64,000 bases of DNA from Alphaproteobacteria bacterium. Lineage in GTDB: Bacteria > Pseudomonadota > Alphaproteobacteria > Micavibrionales > Micavibrionaceae. This document shows positions 10,386 to 20,379 of this stretch, piece by piece. The position numbers and the translations under genes are program-made. The stretch is from contig JABSQP010000009.1 in the NCBI GenBank assembly GCA_013215815.1, positions 4,598 through 68,597 on the forward strand, written 5' to 3'. The notes beneath the pieces are model-generated. The model had not been told where the DNA came from, made no database searches, and saw only the letters and a list, made by a program, of their open reading frames with translations. Each line of letters opens with the position of its first letter. Position 1 is the first letter of the stretch.

Positions 10386-11749
10386 GCGCGAACTGGGTCA
10401 ATCATTAAGACACTATCATTCGCAGCGAGCGATGGTGAAACTTGCCCTACAGCATAGGGATAGTCCCATTCAATGCTATTGAAACTACCGTGGGGTTCAG
10501 CGACAGGCTCCCACTCCTCATAAACAATACCAGTATCACGACAAACCCAAACTTTGTTTGGCGGAGCAGAAGCAGCCTTATCCATGCATTCACCTAGTAT
10601 GCTCTCGTCCTCTTCCAAATTTTGTTCCACAAGCGCCATTTGCTTATAAAGTGCTGATGATGGCTCTAATTTTTCAGCTGTTATAAGATATGACTTCGCA
10701 GCGCTCCAAAGCTCTAAATCCATGGCCGCTTTCGCAGCCCCCATGTATCCAAGAGCACTATCCGCATTCAATGAAACAAGTTCTTCATACCATTTCATTC
10801 TCTTTTCTTCAGCCTTACGCTTTGATTTTGGTGCAAGATCATCCCATAAAGCCAATAAATCTGGATGTGGATTTGCTGACCATACTTTTTTAAACACGTT
10901 AAGCGCTCTTCTTTTCTTCTTAGCATTAATACAATGCTGAATTAGAGCGGTTGTCGTTGGCACAAACGTCGGGTCTATCTTATATGCCTTTTCCAATGCC
11001 TTAAGAGCAGATTTTTCATCGCCAGAACTTTGTGCAACTTGACGGTGTACATGATAAATAGCAACGCGATCACTAGCGGCTTGCTGCGCAGATATAGCAG
11101 AATATTTTTCACATTTTTTGAGAGTATCTAAAGCTTCATCCCATTTCTTATTTTTCACTTGTAGATTATAAAGAGTTTTCATCACCCAACCTTGCTTAGG
11201 ATGATGCTTCGCAGCCTCCTTTGCATATCTAAGTGCAGAGACCATATCCCCCTGATCAATTGACGCCGTTAAAAGACCGCGTACACCAAGAAAAGCGGCA
11301 TCTTTATCTTTCATAAGCTCTTGGAACCTAATTTTTGCAACGCCCTCTTCCCCGCGCATTCGCGCTGCTTGTGCATCCAACAATACAGGCAATCCATTTT
11401 GCTTTGGTAAAAGGTTACGTGTTTGCTTAGCGTATTGCGTCGCCCTTTTCGCATCACCAGCAGCTACAGCAACAAGGCCTCGAGTTAAAGACTGAAAACC
11501 TCGAGCACTTCTCTCTTTTTGTCTAACAGAACCAATAACACCGGGTATTGAGAACACCGCGCGCACAAAGCGATAAATGAAAATAGAAATGAGAATAAGT
11601 GCTAAAAGAGTAACAAGAAAAACGCCTGTTTGCATATGAAGCGTATAATTCAAAACATCGATAACAACGCGACCATCACGCTGGCTGAGCCAAATAGCGC
11701 CAGCTGTTAATCCTGCAATTTGTATAAAAAACCAGAGTGCTCTGAACAC
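10382..11749 (-). CDS. hemY: HemY-like TPR protein (HemY_N domain)
   Basis: Two N-terminal TMs, LTRGLVAVAAGD, TPR helices, C-terminal WVC motif; last gene of the hemC-hemD-Mic60 cluster. Confidence 0.85.
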   Translation of the reverse strand: MFRALWFFIQIAGLTAGAIWLSQRDGRVVIDVLNYTLHMQTGVFLVTLLALILISIFIYRFVRAVFSIPGVIGSVRQKERSARGFQSLTRGLVAVAAGDAKRATQYAKQTRNLLPKQNGLPVLLDAQAARMRGEEGVAKIRFQELMKDKDAAFLGVRGLLTASIDQGDMVSALRYAKEAAKHHPKQGWVMKTLYNLQVKNKKWDEALDTLKKCEKYSAISAQQAASDRVAIYHVHRQVAQSSGDEKSALKALEKAYKIDPTFVPTTTALIQHCINAKKKRRALNVFKKVWSANPHPDLLALWDDLAPKSKRKAEEKRMKWYEELVSLNADSALGYMGAAKAAMDLELWSAAKSYLITAEKLEPSSALYKQMALVEQNLEEDESILGECMDKAASAPPNKVWVCRDTGIVYEEWEPVAEPHGSFNSIEWDYPYAVGQVSPSLAANDSVLMIDPVRA

Positions 11750-11822
11750 GAGACGTTCCTTTTAAGATGCGTTACAAATCACATCATAGCACAAAAATAT
11801 AGGCGCAAAGGAAGAGAAACAA

Positions 11823-13676
11823 TTATTGTCCCGCAGAAAAACCTTTAAAACCCTGCTGTCTAGGCAAAATACTCAAGCCCGACTCTTCGTCCTTGATGAC
11901 TTCACGCGGCGTTGTTGCTTCTTCAAGTGTTTTCTTGATCGCGTTCATATCAAAACCTGTTTGTGCAGGTTGGCCATTCGCCTCAGGCGCAACATTGGTT
12001 TGCTGTTGCGGTATCATTTGTGTCGGCAGTTGATCAACTATGCCGCCAAATTGACCGCCCACCTTTGATAAAATTGTGTTACGCAACATTTGCTGAACCT
12101 GATCAGAAAGCAAAGACGCTTGTGCCTGATCAATAAATGGTTGTGCCGTTTGTGCAGCTTCTCCATCTAGCGTCTGCAACTGTGCAATAGCACCTTCAAC
12201 ATCACCATTATCAAGCATGGCTTGCGCTTTAGCGACCGTCGCCTGTGTATCAGTTCCTGTAACAAGTTCACCGTCTTTTTCAACTTGAATAACATCATTT
12301 AAACGTGCCACAGCTTTATCTTTAATTGAAATATCTTCGCCCTTCAAAGAAGAAACAACGATATCTCCTGCCAATCCTCGGAATTCAGATGACAGCCCTT
12401 TCTTCGTTAAGACGCCCCCTTGTGCATGTGGGGCAAGCTTTTCCAATGATGCTGTTAATTCAGTATTATCATCACCAACCATCTTGTTCAAAAGAACAAG
12501 ATCTTCTTCAAATGGTGCTTGACGATTCAAAGAGTCACGAAGCTGCGAAAAAGCAATCAACATGGCTGCCGCTTTAAGATCATTTCCAGAAACCCCCTCG
12601 AGTGTTTGCCCAAGAGCGGTCTCGTCTGTTTGCGCTTGCCCTAGCTCATCTTCAAGCGTTGTTACTTTCCCGTCCAAACCGCCAACAATGTCTTTAAGTT
12701 CAGTGATAGAGCTTTGCATCTGATTTTGGCCTGGAACACTTTCTTCAAGTTTCTGAATGCGGTTAATAAGGCCTGAAAAATTATTCTCAGATCCACCTGT
12801 CATTTCAGCAAGTTGTGCCTCCAAGACAGAAAGACGCTTTGATAAAGGACCTGCATTCTCACCCAGAACACCCTCTGATATAGCATCTGTCTTTTCTTTT
12901 AGCTGCTCGAACGCTATTTGCGTGTTACGTGCCTGATTTTGCAGAGCCTCAAGATCTGCTTCAGCCTTCGCTTTCAAATCTGCTACAGATTTTTCGATAT
13001 CATCTGGAACAACCGCGCTTAAGAAAGAAGTCTTTTCGTTCACCTGATCAACGTCACTCTGAAGAGCAGACAATGCTTTTTCCTGCTCTTCCAATTTCTG
13101 GCTCATCTCATCAGAGCTAGGCCAGAAAAAAAAAGTCATTAACGCTGCAGCAAGAAGAATAAGTCCTGTGACAATCCACGTTGTTGTCACAACTGTCTTC
13201 TTGTTATCCGCTTCAATTTGTTTGAGAAGATCTGAGTTACTACCAGCAGCGCTTGCTGCTGGAGCTTTTTGTTTGCTTACGCTACGCGCTTTTTCTTCTT
13301 TTCTCTCCCCCAAATCGGAAGAAATCCCAGAAGTTTTTTTTTTAGTGTTTTGAGATTGCTGTTCAACTTTCTCAAAAACACTTTTTTCTTCAGTCTCTGC
13401 AGACTGGGGTGCTTCAGGCTCTTTAGCCTGAGTATTTTCATTTGCGACACTATCCGTGACCGGCGCTTTCGCTGCCATCAAATCAGAAAGATCAATATTA
13501 AGATCGCTTGCCGCGGCTTCAATCTCTTCACGTCTTGTTCCTGGAATCACGTTACGTTTTTTCCACCCCTGAACAGTCGTTACCGGCACATTGATTTTAC
13601 TCGCCATCGGACGAATACCACCAAAACGTTCAATAACAGCTTCCGCGTTTTGAATTGCAGCTTTCTTTGTACTCAT
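11823..13676 (-). CDS. Mitofilin/Mic60 (COG4223) family membrane protein with N-terminal Cro-like HTH
   Basis: Position between hemD and hemY; one TM, coiled coil, C-terminal QLRDSL...PFEEDL...GV.T and L..GD...AI..L. N-terminus IERFGGIRPMASKINVPVTTVQGWKKR is HTH-like. Start placed at MSTKK; the ORF track begins at 13691. Confidence 0.8.
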   Translation of the reverse strand: MSTKKAAIQNAEAVIERFGGIRPMASKINVPVTTVQGWKKRNVIPGTRREEIEAAASDLNIDLSDLMAAKAPVTDSVANENTQAKEPEAPQSAETEEKSVFEKVEQQSQNTKKKTSGISSDLGERKEEKARSVSKQKAPAASAAGSNSDLLKQIEADNKKTVVTTTWIVTGLILLAAALMTFFFWPSSDEMSQKLEEQEKALSALQSDVDQVNEKTSFLSAVVPDDIEKSVADLKAKAEADLEALQNQARNTQIAFEQLKEKTDAISEGVLGENAGPLSKRLSVLEAQLAEMTGGSENNFSGLINRIQKLEESVPGQNQMQSSITELKDIVGGLDGKVTTLEDELGQAQTDETALGQTLEGVSGNDLKAAAMLIAFSQLRDSLNRQAPFEEDLVLLNKMVGDDNTELTASLEKLAPHAQGGVLTKKGLSSEFRGLAGDIVVSSLKGEDISIKDKAVARLNDVIQVEKDGELVTGTDTQATVAKAQAMLDNGDVEGAIAQLQTLDGEAAQTAQPFIDQAQASLLSDQVQQMLRNTILSKVGGQFGGIVDQLPTQMIPQQQTNVAPEANGQPAQTGFDMNAIKKTLEEATTPREVIKDEESGLSILPRQQGFKGFSAGQ

Positions 13677-13702
13677 AGATTTTCCCTTCACTCTTAAATT
13701 CG

Positions 13703-14416
13703 CTACCCTTGTACTTCTTTTAGAAGCGCTAACATATGTTTCTGATCTGGATAATCAGAGACATGAATTTGTTTCCAAGGTAATACGGAAAGAGACTCTA
13801 ACATGGAATCTGCCAAACACAAGACCTGAATCGACTCCGCAGCCCGCGTACAGTCATTTTTATGCATTAAATGTACAAAATTGTCTGCTGTACGCCTAGA
13901 ATAGAACAAAACATACTCTATTCCACTATTTATTATTATTTTCAATATGTTGTCCGAAAAATTAGGCGCAGGTACAGCGCGATAACTCACTATATTTTGG
14001 ATAGAGATGCCAGGTATTTTCATCAAACGTTCTGAAATCGAAACAGTCACATTTTCGCCCTGAAAATAGGCGTACGAACCCGCTTTCTCTGTTAGACTAG
14101 AGATTAACTCTTCAACATCCTTACCGGTGCATTGTACGTTCTGAAAACCAGTTTGTAGGGCTTCTTCTGCTGTACTTTGACCAACAGTATAGATCGGCTT
14201 TTCATGTGCTGAAAAATCATTTGGCAAACTCTTGATCGCGTTTTTACTGGTGAAAATAAAACCATCAAATTTTGAAAAATCTATACGATCAAAAGCGATA
14301 GGTTCAATCGTTAACATGGGCTCAATCAAAACATGACAACCCATCTCCTCCAACACCTTTGCTAAAGGCATTGCATTATCAATTGGTCGAGTAATTAAAA
14401 CTGTTTCAGGCATCAC
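13703..14416 (-). CDS. hemD: Uroporphyrinogen-III synthase
   Basis: VLITRP, FTSKNAI, VGQSTA, YS.RTA; follows hemC. Confidence 0.9.
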   Translation of the reverse strand: MMPETVLITRPIDNAMPLAKVLEEMGCHVLIEPMLTIEPIAFDRIDFSKFDGFIFTSKNAIKSLPNDFSAHEKPIYTVGQSTAEEALQTGFQNVQCTGKDVEELISSLTEKAGSYAYFQGENVTVSISERLMKIPGISIQNIVSYRAVPAPNFSDNILKIIINSGIEYVLFYSRRTADNFVHLMHKNDCTRAAESIQVLCLADSMLESLSVLPWKQIHVSDYPDQKHMLALLKEVQG

Positions 14417-14422
14417 GCCCTC

Positions 14423-15379
14423 TTAATCTAAAAAACCTTCAGGAACAATTTCCTTTAAACGTTGCCCAACTATTTGCCCGACAGCGATAGCCTCATCTTT
14501 ATTTGATACGATCACGCGATATTCATCTCTGAAAACTGTTTGTCCATCATTCGATGCAACTAACGCTCGAAGAAACATTTCATTGTTTTCAAGAATAGCA
14601 TACGCACCAATCGGCGTATGGCATGAACCATCAAGAATTTTTAGCACTTCACGTTCAGCTACCGCACATAAACTAGTTTGTGTACATGAAATGGCGCCCA
14701 ACAAGTTTTGTGTTTCTTCATCACCCTCACGCGTTTCAATACAAACAATCCCTTGACCACAAGCGGGCAACATCTCTTCAGGTTCAATCACATGCGCTTC
14801 GGGCACGTTAAGCCCAAGACGATCCAAACCTGCCTTCGCTAGAAACGTTGCATCAACTTGTTCATTTCGAATTTTCTCAATACGCGTTTCAACATTTCCG
14901 CGAAAAGGAACAATATCAACATCCTTATTCTGAGAGAGCATAAGAGAAGCGCGCCGCAAGCTGCAGGTCCCCACCACACAGCCCGCGGGCAAATCTTTCA
15001 TAGACTTATATTTTACAGAAATCAAGACATCTCTGACATCAGCTCTTGGTAAGTAGTGCTGTATCTCAAGACCGGTGGGCAAAAACGACGCCATGTCTTT
15101 TAAAGAATGAACACCGCAATCGACGTCTCCTGAGAGGACTTTATCTTCAATTTCACTTGCAAACTGACCTTTACCGCCATTTTCTTCACAAAGGTGTTTT
15201 TCACCCTGCTCAGGCCTCCAATCAGCATTACTTTGAACAACAACAATCTCGATAGTTAAGCCTTCATGCGCTTTTTCTAACGCATCCTTGACTATATTCG
15301 CCTGCTTAAGCGCAAGTGGCGAACCTCTTGTTCCTATTTTGAAAAGTCGCTGTGTCATATCGGAAACAGTTGTACGCAC
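14423..15379 (-). CDS. hemC: Hydroxymethylbilane synthase
   Basis: IGTRGSPLAL.Q, VHSLKD, GT.SLRR, RGNVETR, ER...LDGSC.TPIG; start could be the internal Met (MTQRL). Confidence 0.95.
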   Translation of the reverse strand: MRTTVSDMTQRLFKIGTRGSPLALKQANIVKDALEKAHEGLTIEIVVVQSNADWRPEQGEKHLCEENGGKGQFASEIEDKVLSGDVDCGVHSLKDMASFLPTGLEIQHYLPRADVRDVLISVKYKSMKDLPAGCVVGTCSLRRASLMLSQNKDVDIVPFRGNVETRIEKIRNEQVDATFLAKAGLDRLGLNVPEAHVIEPEEMLPACGQGIVCIETREGDEETQNLLGAISCTQTSLCAVAEREVLKILDGSCHTPIGAYAILENNEMFLRALVASNDGQTVFRDEYRVIVSNKDEAIAVGQIVGQRLKEIVPEGFLD

Positions 15380-15414
15380 TTTACACAGATAAGAAAAGAT
15401 GAAATAGAGAATGC

Positions 15415-16527
15415 ATGAAAATTTTAGGGATTGAAACTTCCTGTGATGAGACAGCGGCGGCAGTCGTTTCCGATGATCATACGATCCATTCTAATATGGT
15501 GCTGAGCCAATTGGAGGATCATAAAATCTTTGGGGGCGTTGTGCCCGAAGTGGCAGCGCGCGCGCATCTAGATCATCTCGACAACATAATCAAAGGCGCA
15601 ATGGATGAGGCTAGTATAGACTTTTCTGAATTAGATGGCGTTGCGGCGACATGCGGCCCGGGCCTAGTCGGCGGCGTTATGGTCGGCATGATGGCAGGTA
15701 AAGCAATCGCCGCCGCACACAATCTTTCGTTCATAGGTGTGAATCATTTAGAAGCGCATGCACTCACACCGAGGCTGACAGACAAAGTTCAATTCCCCTA
15801 TCTCATTCTTCTTGTTTCTGGCGGCCATACACAAATCCTCGTCGCGGAAGATGTTGGCGTTTACAAGCGCTGGGGCACAACAATTGATGATGCGTTAGGC
15901 GAATGTTTTGATAAGTCAGCAAAAATGATGGGACTTGGTTATCCAGGCGGGCCCAACCTCGAAAAGATGGCAAAAGAATGTAAAGATCCTGAGAAAGCAA
16001 TTGAACGCTTCCCACTTCCCCTTCCTTTAAAAGGACGCGCAGGATGTGATTTTTCATTCTCTGGCTTAAAGACTGCTGTTCGCAATCATATTGAGAAATT
16101 ACCTGAAGGCGACTTGCAAAAAGAAGACATTGCCGACCTCGCGCATGCTTTTCAAACAACCGTAGCCGCAATCATTGAAGATCGAGTAAAACGCGCCATT
16201 GAACGCTTTTTAGACGAATATAAGAATGCTTTTCCACAAGGCTTAAAAGATGGTCAAAGCGCGCAAAAGCCTGCCTTTGTAGTTTCTGGTGGTGTTGCAG
16301 CAAATATGACAATAAGAGACTGTCTGAAAAGCTTGACGGCGCGACATAATATGGATTTTATGGCGCCACCACTTAATCTTTGCTCAGATAATGGCGCAAT
16401 GATCGCTTGGGCAGGTGTTGAGAGGTTAAAGAGAAATATGACAGATAGTTTGGATATAGCGGCGCGCCCACGTTGGCCTTTGGACCCAACGGCAGAGCCA
16501 AAAGTCGGTGGCGGCGCCAAAGCTTAA
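15415..16527 (+). CDS. tsaD: tRNA N6-adenosine threonylcarbamoyltransferase
   Basis: LGIETSCDETAAA, GGVVPEVAARAH, NHLEAH, VSGGHT, FSFSGLKTA, DNGAMIAW. Confidence 0.97.
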   Translation: MKILGIETSCDETAAAVVSDDHTIHSNMVLSQLEDHKIFGGVVPEVAARAHLDHLDNIIKGAMDEASIDFSELDGVAATCGPGLVGGVMVGMMAGKAIAAAHNLSFIGVNHLEAHALTPRLTDKVQFPYLILLVSGGHTQILVAEDVGVYKRWGTTIDDALGECFDKSAKMMGLGYPGGPNLEKMAKECKDPEKAIERFPLPLPLKGRAGCDFSFSGLKTAVRNHIEKLPEGDLQKEDIADLAHAFQTTVAAIIEDRVKRAIERFLDEYKNAFPQGLKDGQSAQKPAFVVSGGVAANMTIRDCLKSLTARHNMDFMAPPLNLCSDNGAMIAWAGVERLKRNMTDSLDIAARPRWPLDPTAEPKVGGGAKA

Positions 16528-16576
16528 AATCAAGCAATACAAAAGATCATAATAAAAATATAAGGTAAGGTGTTTT

Positions 16577-17569
16577 ATGCATAAAATTGGTGTTATCGGA
16601 GCAGGCGCATGGGGTACAGCGCTTTCACAAGCACTAGCGAATACAGGTCGTGATGTCGTTATTTGGGCACGCGAAGAAGAGGTTGTTGAGTCAATCAACA
16701 ATGAAAATGAAAATAAGCTTTACCTCAAAGAGGTCAGCTTAAATGAAGCACTAAAAGCAACGAACGACCTTGCCGAAGTATGCGAGCGTGATGTCCTTAT
16801 TTTGATGACACCGGCGCAACATATTCGTTCCACCCTTGAAACAATCAAGGAACACTTACGAGACGATCAGCCAATCATTATAGGCGCCAAAGGCATTGAG
16901 AAAGAAACTGGTTACCTTCTCTCTGAAGTTGCTGAAGAAATTATCCCAGGCAAAAAAGTGGGCGTATTAACAGGCCCAACATTTGCGAGCGAAATTGGTC
17001 GCGGCCTTCCTTGCGCAGTAACAATAGCCATCAAAGATAAAGATGCCGGTGAAATGGTGATCGAGGCTTTGGGTTCAAGAACACTACGTACCTACCTCAC
17101 AGATGATCTTGTTGGCGCGCAAATTGGCGGCGCTGTGAAGAACGTTATCGCAATTGCTTCTGGCGTTATTGAAGGCCGTAAAATGGGTGAAAGTGCGCGT
17201 TGCGCTCTGATTACACGTGGCCTCACAGAGATATCTCGTCTTGCTAAAGCAATGGGCGCACAAAAAGAAACTCTTATGGGGATGTGTGGTGTCGGAGATC
17301 TCATGCTAACAGCATCCAGTATGCAATCGCGTAACTTTTCTCTTGGTGTTGCACTCGGTGAAGGCAAAACACTTGAAGAGATTTTGGGTGATCGTATCGC
17401 GGTAACAGAAGGCGTGCACACAGCAAAAGCTCTTCGTGTGATGGCGAAAAACAATGCTGTTGATATGCCAATTTCTAAAGCCGTTTATGAGTTCCTTCAC
17501 GAAGGTATTTCAATCGAAGAAGTTATGAAGAAAGTACTTGATCGTCCATTAAGGCGAGAAAGCCTATAG
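16577..17569 (+). CDS. gpsA: NAD(P)H-dependent glycerol-3-phosphate dehydrogenase
   Basis: GAGAWGTAL, KGIE, GPTFA, GGAVKNVIAIA, GDL.LT.SS.QSRN. Confidence 0.97.
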   Translation: MHKIGVIGAGAWGTALSQALANTGRDVVIWAREEEVVESINNENENKLYLKEVSLNEALKATNDLAEVCERDVLILMTPAQHIRSTLETIKEHLRDDQPIIIGAKGIEKETGYLLSEVAEEIIPGKKVGVLTGPTFASEIGRGLPCAVTIAIKDKDAGEMVIEALGSRTLRTYLTDDLVGAQIGGAVKNVIAIASGVIEGRKMGESARCALITRGLTEISRLAKAMGAQKETLMGMCGVGDLMLTASSMQSRNFSLGVALGEGKTLEEILGDRIAVTEGVHTAKALRVMAKNNAVDMPISKAVYEFLHEGISIEEVMKKVLDRPLRRESL

Positions 17570-17643
17570 TAATTATAGCTAATTGCGCTTTTCTCTGATC
17601 TCAAGTATATTTTTTGTGCGCACAAAAAACAGGGAGAATTACC

Positions 17644-18045
17644 ATGAATAAAAAACGCTTTATAATATCAACGCTTGTTGGATTTGCACTGCTATTCGTT
17701 TTAGATTTTGTTATCCATGGCGTTTTACTGATGCCAACATACGAGCAAACTGCTGATGTATGGAGATCGAAAGAAGGTTACGAATCTCTCATGCTATTTT
17801 CTACGGTTATACACCTAGCAATAGCTGCCACCCTTTGCTTTATATACACACGACATCACGAAGGAAAAGGAATAAAAGAAGGCATTCGCTTCGGCCTAAT
17901 GACTGGTTGCCTGATTGGCTTAATACATTTTAGCTCATACGCTTGATTACCTATTTCTATGGCGCTAGCTGCAGCATGGTTTGCTGCAAGTGTTGTAAAA
18001 GCTACAGCTCTAGGCGTTGCCTTCTCACTTTTATATAAAAAATAA
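17644..18045 (+). pseudogene. Small four-TM membrane protein interrupted by an in-frame TGA at 17944-17946
   Basis: SD GGGAG before the ATG at 17644. After ...SSYA-TGA the same frame continues LPISMALAAAWFAASVVKATALGVAFSLLYKK to TAA at 18043-18045, abutting the next start at 18047. Confidence 0.65.
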
Positions 18046-18046
18046 A

Positions 18047-18454
18047 ATGAATTACTGGCTTATAAAATCTGAACCATTCAAATGGTCATGGAATGATCAC
18101 GTCAAAAAGGGCGTTGAACATTGGGATGGTGTACGTAATTACCAAGCCAGTAACAACATGAAGGCTATGGAATTGGGCGATCTTGCTTTCTTCTATCACT
18201 CCAACGAAGGTAAAGAGATCGTCGGTATCTGTGAAGTTGTCAGTGGCTACTACCCTGACCACACAGATGAAAAAGGCCGTTTTGGAATGGTTGATTTCAA
18301 AGCGATCAAACCTGTTCCAAAACCTGTCACATTAAAACAAATCAAAGAAACACCCGAACTCTCCGACATGGCGCTTGTTAAACAGATGCGCCTCTCTGTC
18401 GGCCCCGTTACCAAAAAGGAATGGGATATTATTTGCAAAATGGGCGGGCTGTAG
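18047..18454 (+). CDS. EVE domain protein
   Basis: YWLIKSEP, WDGVRNYQA, FFYHS, RLSV.PV. Confidence 0.95.
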   Translation: MNYWLIKSEPFKWSWNDHVKKGVEHWDGVRNYQASNNMKAMELGDLAFFYHSNEGKEIVGICEVVSGYYPDHTDEKGRFGMVDFKAIKPVPKPVTLKQIKETPELSDMALVKQMRLSVGPVTKKEWDIICKMGGL

Positions 18455-19321
18455 ATGACCCTTCAAAATACGCTTCTCGCCCTCCTCGTGATTTTCATTT
18501 GGGGGAGCAACTTCGTTGCCATTAAAATCGGTGTAAATTCGATCGATCCCCTCGTGTTGCTGTCAATGCGCTTTACAATGGCCGGCCTTCTCTTCATTCC
18601 CTTTATGAAATGGCCCGGTTGGAAAAAGGCACGCATGATCATGCTCGTTGGGTTGCTAATGGGACCATTACACCAAGGGCTTTTATACGTCGCACTCACT
18701 TATTTACCTGCAGGATTAATGTCCATCATACTACAATCCAACGTCATCATGGTGACGCTCATCAGCTGGTTATTGCTGAAGGAACATGTCGGTTGGCGTA
18801 CATGGAGTGGTATTTGCGTTGGCCTCTTAGGGATAGTTGTTCTCTTCGGTGGCGATGAGCTAAGCACCTCTATGACAGGCTACGTACTGGCATTCTTATC
18901 AGCGTTCTTCATTGCGGTTACTTACATTACGCAAAAAAAGCTCGGTAAAACCCATGCATCAACATACATCGCACTGATGTGCCTACCCGTTGCACCTTTC
19001 ATCATGCTTTCTAGCTTCTTTGTTGAAGGAACTGATTGGCTTAACAATATAGACAACATTAATTGGACTACAGTAGGTGGTGTGGTGTTTTATCAGGCGA
19101 TTGTTCTCTCGCTAAGCCATATGCTATGGCAACACTTAATTGCGCATAATCCGGTTAGCCAGCTCATTCCTTGGACTCTATTAATTCCTATATTTGCAGT
19201 AGCTGCAGCGATTGTTTTACTTGATGAAGAACTAACCAGATCCATTATATTTGGTGGTCTTTTGACGATTGCAGGCGTTGGTATTATTACCTTTCGCCAG
19301 ATCCAGAAGAAAACAATCTAG
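18455..19321 (+). CDS. EamA/DMT family transporter
   Basis: IWGSNFVAIK, ten TMs, LL.E repeats. Confidence 0.9.
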   Translation: MTLQNTLLALLVIFIWGSNFVAIKIGVNSIDPLVLLSMRFTMAGLLFIPFMKWPGWKKARMIMLVGLLMGPLHQGLLYVALTYLPAGLMSIILQSNVIMVTLISWLLLKEHVGWRTWSGICVGLLGIVVLFGGDELSTSMTGYVLAFLSAFFIAVTYITQKKLGKTHASTYIALMCLPVAPFIMLSSFFVEGTDWLNNIDNINWTTVGGVVFYQAIVLSLSHMLWQHLIAHNPVSQLIPWTLLIPIFAVAAAIVLLDEELTRSIIFGGLLTIAGVGIITFRQIQKKTI

Positions 19322-19872
19322 GCAGCGTGCCCCGCATATTGATATTGCGGCCTGTTATGCAAGCCTGCAGGCAAGAGCTTAAACATCATTAATAGAAAAA
19401 CGACTTCGAAGAATGGAATTTTATCTCGCTCTTTCCTGATGTTTTGAGCACGTTTCATGTTTTTTACGTGCTGAAGCATTTGCATTTTATGAGCAAGAGC
19501 CAGCGCTTTCTTTTTCTCTTTCTCTTCTTTGTTTTCTTTTATTTTTCTTGCAGATGCACGCATCATATTCTGAGCTTTTGCCATCATTTCTCTGCTTGCG
19601 CGCACTTCCATTAAACGTGTTTGCATCGCACACCAAGCGCTATCCATCATATCTGCAGCTACTTCTGTCATGGCATCATCTGCGCCATTTTCACGGACCA
19701 AACGCTCATGATAGGCTTTGGCATTTAGAAATTCATTTTGAAGGTGCGCCAACACCTCGTCCATTGACGCAAAAGAATCTATCTCGGAAAGAGGTGTTTG
19801 ACATTTTTCTACAAAATCATCGCTTGGCGCAGGTGTCGCTATTACTAGCTCTCCCTTAGCCATCTCATTCAT
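19318..19872 (-). CDS. Hypothetical coiled-coil protein with C-terminal hydrophobic segment
   Basis: ORF with charged helical body; start moved to MNEM because 19898-19930 is a terminator. Confidence 0.7.
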   Translation of the reverse strand: MNEMAKGELVIATPAPSDDFVEKCQTPLSEIDSFASMDEVLAHLQNEFLNAKAYHERLVRENGADDAMTEVAADMMDSAWCAMQTRLMEVRASREMMAKAQNMMRASARKIKENKEEKEKKKALALAHKMQMLQHVKNMKRAQNIRKERDKIPFFEVVFLLMMFKLLPAGLHNRPQYQYAGHAA

Positions 19873-19897
19873 GATGTTTTGTAGTGATAAGTCTGAC

Positions 19898-19930
19898 AAA
19901 AAAGCCCCCAAAACTGTTGTCTTGAGGGCA
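19898..19930 (-). terminator. Rho-independent terminator after gapR
   Basis: Minus strand GCCCTCAAGA...TTTTGGGGGC followed by TTTTTT (stem includes G-U pairs). Confidence 0.65.
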
Positions 19931-19991
19931 TTATGAAGAAAAAGCTTTACGATTTCGTTAAAATCTATTTTTTCCTATATTTTTCAATATG

Positions 19992-20285
19992 TTACTCCAT
20001 GCCGATGGCAGACATATACAGATCTAAAAGCTCATCTTCTTCACGGCGTTTTTCTACTTCCATCTTACGAAGCTTTAAAACACGACGCATAATCTTAACC
20101 TCAAAACCCGCTGCCTTCGCCTCTGCAAAAACTTCCTTGATATCTTCAGCTATAGCCGCCTTTTCTTCTTCCAAACGCTCAATACGCTCAAAGAAAGAAA
20201 TCAGGCGCTTACCTGCTACGCCTCCTACATCATCAGCCTCTTTTGATTCACCTGATGGAAATTCCGCTACATTCGCTTCGCTCAT
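19992..20285 (-). CDS. gapR: DUF2312 nucleoid-associated protein GapR
   Basis: RL.SF.ERIERLEEEK..IAEDIKEVFAEAK..GF.VK.MR...LRK; SD GAGG before MSEANV. Confidence 0.92.
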   Translation of the reverse strand: MSEANVAEFPSGESKEADDVGGVAGKRLISFFERIERLEEEKAAIAEDIKEVFAEAKAAGFEVKIMRRVLKLRKMEVEKRREEDELLDLYMSAIGME

Positions 20286-20379
20286 AGTCTCGTGTCCTCT
20301 AATTTGTATGATTATTCCTGTTAAACCAAATAGGGCCGCCATATGCGACCCCTTTTTTTATTTTTTATACAGAAAAAAC

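Noticed and set aside
17944..17946. TGA reassigned to Trp genome-wide, or selenocysteine
   Set aside because: TGA ends other genes here (DotI, CotH-like kinase), conserved proteins use TGG for Trp, and no SECIS-like hairpin or redox motif is evident
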